Shown: piece by piece, positions 37,555 through 44,597 of the stretch
How the letters are laid out: each line of letters starts with the position of its first letter
Numbering within the stretch: the first letter of the stretch is position 1
Assembly (NCBI GenBank): GCA_016789305.1
Contig: JAEURJ010000023.1
Location: 732,084-796,083, forward strand
Origin: Anaerolineales bacterium
GTDB taxonomy: Bacteria; Chloroflexota; Anaerolineae; Anaerolineales; Villigracilaceae
Length of the DNA stretch: 64,000 nucleotides
Direction: 5' to 3'
Translations under genes and position numbers: made by a program
Notes under the pieces: generated by a model
Told to the model about the DNA's origin: nothing
The model's input: the letters and a program-made list of their open reading frames with translations, nothing else
The model's database searches: none

Positions 37555-38229
37555 TTAACTGTCATACACCTTGAGTAGTTCGGTCTGTGCCTGCGGAGAT
37601 GCGATCATCACATATCTTTGAATATCTTCCAAATGATTCGTCACAGCATGCTCGTCTATCCCACTCGGTGCGTAAACGGTGAAAACAACATTCTTTGTGT
37701 TCGCGGTGATTTGCGTGCGCTTGTCGGGACCGTAAATGATGTTTGAAATAATGCCAGCTTGGTCGCTGATCATCATGTCATCTGGTTTGAGGACTTGATC
37801 TTCCCCTCTCATTAATTGATAACTCTCCGTTCCCTTGGAAACATCCAGCGTGAGCGGCAATTGCAGGAGGTCCAGATCGTGACCTGCCGTGAGCAGCATA
37901 TTCTTCATCTCCGCCATGAACATGGCCTGCACCAGCGCGGACACACTCGGGATGGACTTTCCCTTCCAGACAATGGACTCAAGTTGAAGCTGAACATGAT
38001 AGCTTTTCTTAAAACGTTTGTAATACGTGTTATACGCCTGCAAAATGGGATGGCTGCTCATCGCCACGCGATCCTGCCCGGAGAATTGTTTACGCAACCC
38101 TTCTTCCAATTCCGTTTTTATTTTACTCAGTTCAGGGTGTTGGGCGGGATTCGTTGCATCACGCATGACCAAAACGCCAACGTGTGATTCAGGAAAAGCG
38201 GATTTCCATGCGGCGGTGATTTCGAACAT
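37555..38229 (-). CDS. B3/4 (PheT editing-like) domain protein
   Basis: HPILQAYNTYYKRF, AGHDLD, IIYGPD.RTQIT..T.NVVF. Confidence 0.85.
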   Translation of the reverse strand: MFEITAAWKSAFPESHVGVLVMRDATNPAQHPELSKIKTELEEGLRKQFSGQDRVAMSSHPILQAYNTYYKRFKKSYHVQLQLESIVWKGKSIPSVSALVQAMFMAEMKNMLLTAGHDLDLLQLPLTLDVSKGTESYQLMRGEDQVLKPDDMMISDQAGIISNIIYGPDKRTQITANTKNVVFTVYAPSGIDEHAVTNHLEDIQRYVMIASPQAQTELLKVYDS

Positions 38230-38327
38230 TTGAATACTCCCGTTTTATTTGCAGAAACTTTCGAGATTATACCCTTCGCTCCCTGCATCAGACTTTCATT
38301 AACCTCCCCGCTTGTCCAGTTGCGGGA

Positions 38328-38410
38328 TTGGTCGTCTGGTCGTATAGTCTCTGGGTCGAGTGGTCGCACTGACTATATAACGATAGAACTACCCAACTAG
38401 GAGACTAAAA
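38328..38410. repeat. inverted 8-mer tandem-repeat element (GGTC/TAGTC x5 then GACTA x5)
   Basis: TTGGTCGT/CTGGTCGT/ATAGTCTC/TGGGTCGA/GTGGTCGC-ACT-GACTATAT/AACGATAG/AACTACCC/AACTAGGA/GACTAAAA. Confidence 0.75.
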
Positions 38411-38412
38411 AC

Positions 38413-40371
38413 ATGCACGGTGGGTTTGGCTGGTTTCAATATATGCGTTCGGGTGATACGAAGCCCAAAGTGACAAAAGAACTTTTACTGCGCGTCCTGA
38501 CCTATGCGCGGCCTTACTGGAATCAAATTGTGGGCATGTTGGTGATGATCCTGATCAGCGCGGGGTTGACTCTGGTTTCCCCATTGATCTTCCGCGCGAT
38601 GATCGATAAGGTCCTGCCTTCGAAGAATATTAATCAATTGATTTTATTGGCGATTGCATTGTTGTTGGTCCCAGTATTTAACGGCGTCATCGGCGTGATT
38701 CAGCGCAGATTGAACTCGACCGTCGGCGAAGGCGTGATCTTCGACCTGCGTTCGTCGCTGTTCTCGCGTTTGCAGCGCATGTCACTGCGATTTTTTACAA
38801 ATACCAAAACAGGCGAGTTGATGTCCCGACTCAACAATGACGTAGTGGGCGCGCAGAATGCGATCAGCAACACCATCGTCAATATCATCACCAACGTTAT
38901 CGAAGCCGTTGCGATCCTCGCGGTGATGCTTTCGCTGCAATGGCAGTTGACCATCCTCAGCGTGCTGATCCTGCCGTTCTTTATTCTTGCTGCGCAAAAA
39001 CTTGGCGTCACCTTGCGTGACATTGCCCGTCAGGCCATGGATCTCAACGCACAGATGAATGCGCACATGAATGAAACCCTCAACATCGGCGGCGCGTTGC
39101 TTGTTAAATTATTTGGCCGCACCAAAGAGGAGGAGAATCGTTTTCGTGACCGCGCCGCCGGCGTGCGCGATATCGGCATTCGACGCTCAGTGATCGGCTC
39201 GACCTTTTTCGTCATCCTCGGTCTCGTCAGCGCGGTGGGTACGGCCATGGTCTACGGCCTCGGCGGATATTACGTCATTCAAGGCACCTTCACCATCGGC
39301 ACCATCGTCGCCTTCGGTTCGTATCTCGGTTCGTTATACGGCGCATTGCAGGGACTCGCCGGCGCGCCTGTTGAATTTTCCACTAGCATGGTTTCGTTTG
39401 AACGAGTCTTCGAAGTCATTGACCTGCCGCAGGATATTGTTGAAAAAGAAAATGCTATTGTGCTTCATGATGTTAAAGGCGAATTGCAATTCGACAATGT
39501 AACCTTTAATTACAGCATCGACGACACCAAACTCTTGAGCGAAGTAAAACGCTATGGCAGCATGGATAATGTGGGAGCAGTGCTTTCGGGTGGCAATGGT
39601 CAGTCGACAACAGCGATCAGGCGTCGGGGAGAAGGAAGCGCTTCAGACTCAACCGAGGCTGATCCAACATCCCAGGCACGCGAAGTCGCATTGAACGGAA
39701 TCTCATTTAGATCCTCCCCCGGAGATTTGGTGGCATTGGTGGGACCTTCCGGCGCAGGCAAGACCACGGTGACATATTTGATCCCGCGCTTGTATGATCC
39801 GAGCGATGGAGTCATTCGCATTGACGGACATGATTTAAAAGATGTCACGCTTGATTCGCTTTCATCTGCGATTGGCATGGTGACGCAGGAGACATATCTC
39901 TTCCACGATACGATCCGCACCAACCTGACGTATGCGAAGGTGGACGCGACGCAGGAGGAGATCGAGGCGGCGGCGCGCGCGGCCAACATTCACAACTTCA
40001 TCATGGACCTGCCCGATGGGTACGATACCATCGTCGGGGAACGCGGCTATCGTCTAAGCGGTGGTGAGAAACAACGCATCGCGCTCGCACGAGTTATTTT
40101 AAAGAACCCAAGAATTCTGGTGCTGGATGAAGCGACCAGTTCATTGGATAGTGAATCTGAAGCACTCATTCAAGATGCGTTGAAACGAGTCATGGCAGGC
40201 CGCACAAGCATTGTCATTGCACATAGATTGTCCACGATTTTGGCAGCCAATCTGATTTTAGTCATGGATCGTGGACAGATCGTCGAGCAAGGTACGCACG
40301 ATGAATTGATCGCGCTCGACGGGTTGTACGCTCAGTTGTACGAAACGCAGTTTCGTGGGGAAAGAGTTTAA
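38413..40371 (+). CDS. ABC transporter, fused permease/ATPase (type IV exporter)
   Basis: 6 TM, Walker A GPSGAGKT, LSGGEKQR, LDEATS, IAHRL. Confidence 0.95.
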   Translation: MHGGFGWFQYMRSGDTKPKVTKELLLRVLTYARPYWNQIVGMLVMILISAGLTLVSPLIFRAMIDKVLPSKNINQLILLAIALLLVPVFNGVIGVIQRRLNSTVGEGVIFDLRSSLFSRLQRMSLRFFTNTKTGELMSRLNNDVVGAQNAISNTIVNIITNVIEAVAILAVMLSLQWQLTILSVLILPFFILAAQKLGVTLRDIARQAMDLNAQMNAHMNETLNIGGALLVKLFGRTKEEENRFRDRAAGVRDIGIRRSVIGSTFFVILGLVSAVGTAMVYGLGGYYVIQGTFTIGTIVAFGSYLGSLYGALQGLAGAPVEFSTSMVSFERVFEVIDLPQDIVEKENAIVLHDVKGELQFDNVTFNYSIDDTKLLSEVKRYGSMDNVGAVLSGGNGQSTTAIRRRGEGSASDSTEADPTSQAREVALNGISFRSSPGDLVALVGPSGAGKTTVTYLIPRLYDPSDGVIRIDGHDLKDVTLDSLSSAIGMVTQETYLFHDTIRTNLTYAKVDATQEEIEAAARAANIHNFIMDLPDGYDTIVGERGYRLSGGEKQRIALARVILKNPRILVLDEATSSLDSESEALIQDALKRVMAGRTSIVIAHRLSTILAANLILVMDRGQIVEQGTHDELIALDGLYAQLYETQFRGERV

Positions 40372-40374
40372 TCC

Positions 40375-40403
40375 TTGACAACTTACTAACTAGTAAGTAT
40401 TAT
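40375..40403 (+). promoter_or_regulatory. promoter with TetR operator in the spacer
   Basis: TTGACA-N17-TATTAT; the spacer region carries the palindrome ACTTACTAACTAGTAAGT (40381-40398). Confidence 0.8.
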
Positions 40404-40409
40404 CCGCGC

Positions 40410-40982
40410 ATGGTTCGAAACACGAACACGCAGCGCGCGATCCTCGACCTGGCCGAGTCCTTTCTGCAGGACGTGGGCTATAACGGTTTCAGCTATGCCC
40501 ATATCTCGGCGGTGCTCGAGGTCAAGAACGCAGCCATTCATTACCACTTCCCCAGCAAAGAGGAATTGGGCTGCGCGGTCATCAAACGCTATCGTGACCG
40601 CTTCCAGTTGTGGGTCAATAATGCGCGTGTGAAGGATCTTTCCCCCGAAAAGAAATTGGATTGGTTCATCGGCATTTATACAAACATGCGCGCCGATAAC
40701 GGCAAGGTGTGCCTTGTGGGTTCGCTCGAAGCGGAATTCAATTCCATTCCCACGTCACTGCAAGAGGAGACCAAAGCCCTGAACAAGGAATTGCTCGTTT
40801 GGTTGGAGTCAACTCTGGCGGAGGGAAGAGAAGCGGGTGTTTTCCGTTTCAATGGTGATGCTTCCGGCAAAGCAGCCGTCATTCTTTCCAGTGTTCAGGG
40901 GGCATTGCAAATGGCGCGTGCGTTGGGTCCGCGAAAGTTCACCGCGGTGATCGAACAAACCAAACAGGATCTGCTCGTCTAA
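40410..40982 (+). CDS. TetR/AcrR family regulator
   Basis: ILDLAESFL..GYNGFS...AAIHYHFPSKEEL; C-terminal TetR domain. Confidence 0.93.
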   Translation: MVRNTNTQRAILDLAESFLQDVGYNGFSYAHISAVLEVKNAAIHYHFPSKEELGCAVIKRYRDRFQLWVNNARVKDLSPEKKLDWFIGIYTNMRADNGKVCLVGSLEAEFNSIPTSLQEETKALNKELLVWLESTLAEGREAGVFRFNGDASGKAAVILSSVQGALQMARALGPRKFTAVIEQTKQDLLV

Positions 40983-41000
40983 AATTTTTTTGTCATCAAA

Positions 41001-41018
41001 ACTTACTAAGTAGTAAGT
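41001..41018. promoter_or_regulatory. second TetR operator
   Basis: ACTTACTAAGTAGTAAGT, 17/18 identical to the first copy. Confidence 0.8.
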
Positions 41019-41036
41019 CATTTAAAAGGAGAAACC

Positions 41037-41843
41037 ATGTCAGCTTTAACGTCGTCAGTCGAATCACAGGCCATGCTCAAGAAAGTGTATCGCGCGTTTT
41101 TTGGTCCCTCAAAATATGAAGTCAAATCTGCAGATCAAGCCATTCTCGAGCGCGGAAAAAATTCCCGCATCCCGTTTGCAGATGGTGAATTAGCCGTGAC
41201 CACTTGGGAAGATTCAGGTCCGACAGTTTTATTGATGCACGGTTGGGGTGGAAGCCGCGCCCAGATGACCGGCTTTGTCGATTCTTTATTGAACGCAGGG
41301 TTTCGCGTCGTGGCGTACGATCAGCCCGCGCACGGCGAGTCGGATGGAAAGACCACGAACGTTTTGGAAATCGCTCCCACGATGGAGTTGGTCATGAAGC
41401 AGGAGGGAAAATTTGATTTCATCATCGCGCATTCGTTCGGGACGTTGATCACATCATATGCCCTGGTCAACTTGAACTTCCCACCTCCTTCCAAGTTGGT
41501 GTATTTCGGCGCTTTCAACCGACTGATGGATTCCCTGCCGCGTTTTCAAGCACAGGCAAAACTTCCCGATCAGATCATTGACGGCTTGCGCGAAATGATT
41601 CATGAGGAATTTGGGAAGGATGTTTTGGAAGCAATTGCAACTGAAACGCTTGTGCAGAGTATTCGTGTCCCTGCCTTGATATTTCATGACAGGTCGGATG
41701 AGGTAACTCCCGTGGAAGACAGCCGCGCCATCGCCAATGCATGGAAGGAGGCGCAGTATATCGAGACAAATCATCTGGGACATCGCGGTGCCTTGCAATC
41801 GGCGGAGATCCACGAGCAGGTGATAAATTTCTTGAAAAGTTAA
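41037..41843 (+). CDS. alpha/beta hydrolase
   Basis: LLMHGWGG, AHSFG, HDRSD, LGHRG catalytic triad motifs. Confidence 0.9.
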   Translation: MSALTSSVESQAMLKKVYRAFFGPSKYEVKSADQAILERGKNSRIPFADGELAVTTWEDSGPTVLLMHGWGGSRAQMTGFVDSLLNAGFRVVAYDQPAHGESDGKTTNVLEIAPTMELVMKQEGKFDFIIAHSFGTLITSYALVNLNFPPPSKLVYFGAFNRLMDSLPRFQAQAKLPDQIIDGLREMIHEEFGKDVLEAIATETLVQSIRVPALIFHDRSDEVTPVEDSRAIANAWKEAQYIETNHLGHRGALQSAEIHEQVINFLKS

Positions 41844-41845
41844 GC

Positions 41846-41879
41846 AAACAAAAAGGACTCGTTCGAGTCCTTTTTGTTT
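41846..41879. terminator. bidirectional terminator
   Basis: AAACAAAAAGGACTCG-TT-CGAGTCCTTTTTGTTT. Confidence 0.85.
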
Positions 41880-42562
41880 TATTTTTCCAGCCAGATGTCC
41901 ATGCCGAGTTTGTCTTCATCAATGTGGAATTTTGTAATGTTTGTTTGTGAGATCATCTTTTCGATCTCTGCCTTTGTGTAGGCACTCTTGAGCAGGGTGG
42001 TTTTGAAAACGACACGAGTGATCCATGCATTGATGCCGCTGATCCGTAAATCGTTTTTGATGTGTTTGTTGATGCTTTCCATCGAAACATCGCGGCGCAG
42101 GTCCATGATGCAGGCTTTGCCGCCAGGCTTTAAGACCCGCTGCATTTCACGGATCGCTTCCGCGGGTTTGGAGAAATTTTTGAAGGCCGCCACGCAGATG
42201 ATGAAATCGAAGGTGTTCTCCGTAAATGGCATCTCCGATGCATTGCCATGGCGAAAGTCAACATTAACGTTCGCTTCTTTTGCATTGGCTTTTGCGATCT
42301 CGACAAAGGTTTTGCTGATCTCCAATGCAGTGACCTTGCAGCCGCCCGCCTTTGCAAATTCGATGGAGAGAAATCCCGGTCCCGGTGCCACCTCCAAAAT
42401 GCTCGCGTTTACTGGCAATGCATTTTTGATCTTGTTGAAGATCACTTTCTGTTCCGGCGCACGGCCTGTATTTTTGGCGTACCATTTTGCAATGATGCCT
42501 TCCATCGCCAGGCCTTTATAGGGCTTTCCCATTCGATTGGATGTTAAAGTGTTTGTTGACAT
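41879..42562 (-). CDS. class I SAM-dependent methyltransferase
   Basis: ILEVAPGPG, GNASEMPF, RVLKPGG. Confidence 0.9.
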   Translation of the reverse strand: MSTNTLTSNRMGKPYKGLAMEGIIAKWYAKNTGRAPEQKVIFNKIKNALPVNASILEVAPGPGFLSIEFAKAGGCKVTALEISKTFVEIAKANAKEANVNVDFRHGNASEMPFTENTFDFIICVAAFKNFSKPAEAIREMQRVLKPGGKACIMDLRRDVSMESINKHIKNDLRISGINAWITRVVFKTTLLKSAYTKAEIEKMISQTNITKFHIDEDKLGMDIWLEK

Positions 42563-42570
42563 GTCAATTC

Positions 42571-42861
42571 CTATTTTGCTTTTGAGATCAATTCAGGGGT
42601 CAGGCGAATATCGAAGTTCACGACCTCATAATAGCGCATCGCCTTGCCGTCGCCTGAGAGTTCCAATCTGCTCTTCACCAAGCCTGCATCTTCGAGCTTC
42701 TTTAAGTGCATGATCAACAACGGTCTGCTGATGCCGATCTCACGCGCAAGCTGGCTGACATAATTCGTTTCGTTGAGTAAAGCGGTGATAATTTGCAGCC
42801 GATGTGGATTTGCCAGGGCGGAAAGCGCCTCAAGCAATTCCGAGCCTGATCGCGCAGACAT
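42571..42861 (-). CDS. ArsR/SmtB family regulator
   Basis: ALANPHRLQI, SQLAREIGISRPLL.MHLKKLEDAGLV. Confidence 0.9.
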   Translation of the reverse strand: MSARSGSELLEALSALANPHRLQIITALLNETNYVSQLAREIGISRPLLIMHLKKLEDAGLVKSRLELSGDGKAMRYYEVVNFDIRLTPELISKAK

Positions 42862-42863
42862 GG

Positions 42864-43115
42864 TTATTGAACTTCACGAAGGACTTTTTCGATCGCTGTC
42901 AGCCGCGTGCGGATATCTTCCAGCGCTTCCGCGGTTTTCTGTTGCGCATCGGCGGATTTCTGCCCGCTTTCCACGGATTGCTCCGCCAGCTTTTGATATT
43001 GATCTATTTTGTCGCCGTGAATTTGCGTCTTGGCAACGGACATGCCCTGCCAGAGAATGACCACGACAATGACCGTGACCGCAACGATGATTAATGCAAG
43101 AATACTAGTTTCCAT
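42864..43115 (-). CDS. small TM + coiled-coil protein
   Basis: N-terminal TM, then a helical tail RTRLTAIEKVLREVQ; GGAGG RBS. Confidence 0.75.
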   Translation of the reverse strand: METSILALIIVAVTVIVVVILWQGMSVAKTQIHGDKIDQYQKLAEQSVESGQKSADAQQKTAEALEDIRTRLTAIEKVLREVQ

Positions 43116-43157
43116 TGGACCTCCAAAGATTGTGGGATTTGGAGCTATTTATAAATA

Positions 43158-43193
43158 ACTTCCATGTGTAAGAAATATTTTACACATGGAAGT
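43158..43193. promoter_or_regulatory. probable ArsR operator
   Basis: Perfect 14-8-14 inverted repeat ACTTCCATGTGTAA-N8-TTACACATGGAAGT. Confidence 0.7.
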
Positions 43194-43260
43194 ATAGAAT
43201 GTCAAGGGGAAAATGCCAACCGTAAAGCTTCGGAGTACAATCCTTTTAAAGGAACCCGCC

Positions 43261-43593
43261 ATGAAAACATTTGGAATATTATTTTTAGCCATATTGAGTG
43301 AAGTCATCGCCACTTCCGCCCTGAAGTTCTCAGAAGGGTTTACGAAACTTGTTCCCAGTGTAGTCGTTGTGATCGGGTACGGATTGTCGTTTTATCTTTT
43401 GTCCATCACTTTGAAGACCCTGCCCATTGGTGTCGCTTATGCCATCTGGTCGGGAGTGGGATTGATTCTGACGGTTATTGCAGGAATCCTCCTCTGGCAG
43501 GAAAAACTGGATTGGGCACGCGTGACCGGGATTATCCTGATCATTGTCGGGATCATTTTTATTAACGTGGTGTCCAGCGTGAAAGCGAATTGA
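43261..43593 (+). CDS. SMR-family (EmrE/QacE-like) transporter
   Basis: AILSEVIATSALKFSEGFT (conserved Glu), AYAIWSGVG. Confidence 0.92.
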   Translation: MKTFGILFLAILSEVIATSALKFSEGFTKLVPSVVVVIGYGLSFYLLSITLKTLPIGVAYAIWSGVGLILTVIAGILLWQEKLDWARVTGIILIIVGIIFINVVSSVKAN

Positions 43594-43599
43594 TCCCAG

Positions 43600-43643
43600 A
43601 AACAAAAAAGAGACCTGTTCAAAAACAGGTCTCTTTTTTGTTT
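43600..43643. terminator. bidirectional terminator
   Basis: 20-bp perfect stem between convergent genes. Confidence 0.85.
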
Positions 43644-43647
43644 CCAC

Positions 43648-43839
43648 TTATTTTTCTTCCGTTGCCACAGGGGTTGTTTCAGGAACAGCCTCAACAGGGG
43701 TTTCGATCTCTGTTTCAGGTGACCCGTCGTTGGGCTGGTTGTTCTTCTTATTCTGTTTGAGCTTTAGTTTTTGCTCTTTTTTACGTTTTTTATCGAGTTC
43801 TTTTTTGCGTTTTTCGTATTGATAGTTGACTTTTACCAA
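43648..43839 (-). CDS. small Lys-rich hypothetical protein
   Basis: NYQYEKRKKELDKKRKKEQK basic helix with an acidic tail; AAGGA RBS. Confidence 0.7.
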   Translation of the reverse strand: MVKVNYQYEKRKKELDKKRKKEQKLKLKQNKKNNQPNDGSPETEIETPVEAVPETTPVATEEK

Positions 43840-43893
43840 AGGTACATCCTTTCATGGGGTATGGGTTGAATTTGTTAAAAACATTATAGCACC

Positions 43894-44493
43894 CTATGGA
43901 CGATACGGCTCCTCATGCACCAGGTGGCCATACACAATCTTTAGAAACAAAGCCGGTACAAGCCATTCAAACCCGCTGACTGGTGGGATTATATAAAAAT
44001 TGAACAAGGCGGCCAGCATGATGATTCCCATCGAGGCGGGTCGTTGGAGATAAAGCGGAATCCGCAGGATAACCACGGCTGAGAGCAGTAGTATGGCATA
44101 CCAGAACAGGCCATAGGTCCAATTAAAGTTCCCGAAAAGGAGCCCGATCAACACGGGGTGAATATGCAGGGCGGTAAACATAAAATGGTTTTTCGCGAAG
44201 GCAGTGAATCCGGTCTCTTCGGATTGAAGAGGGGAATGGTAAAAACGCTTGCAACTGTTCAATGAATTTGCAACCACTCCGCCCAGCACATCCAATGCGA
44301 TCAAAGCAGCGATGGCATATTGCCACCATGTCCAGGAAATTGAATTTGTCCACCAAACCCAGCCAAGCAGCATGGCTCCAGCGCAGCCAAACAACCATAC
44401 GATCCCCTGTTCCATGGTTGTGGAACCTGTACCAAAGAATCCATCCGGTGTGCCGGAATATTTCCAGTCGATCAGAATGTTTTTTGTGGTCAT
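43894..44493 (-). CDS. hypothetical multi-pass membrane protein
   Basis: Start placed at MTTKN after AAGGAG; several TM segments. Confidence 0.7.
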   Translation of the reverse strand: MTTKNILIDWKYSGTPDGFFGTGSTTMEQGIVWLFGCAGAMLLGWVWWTNSISWTWWQYAIAALIALDVLGGVVANSLNSCKRFYHSPLQSEETGFTAFAKNHFMFTALHIHPVLIGLLFGNFNWTYGLFWYAILLLSAVVILRIPLYLQRPASMGIIMLAALFNFYIIPPVSGFEWLVPALFLKIVYGHLVHEEPYRP

Positions 44494-44597
44494 GGTTTTC
44501 TCCTTGTTGCCATCATACCGCCTTTTGTGCGGGTGTTTAATATTACCCATCTGGGGTGTTTGTTTATTGAGGTGGCTTTGTTATACTGTTTCCCCAA

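Noticed and set aside
39601-39660. REP remnant within the ABC insertion (GCTTCAGACTCAACCGA)
   Set aside because: The resemblance to the TTCGAC...CTCAACC REP is too weak, and there is no symmetric partner.
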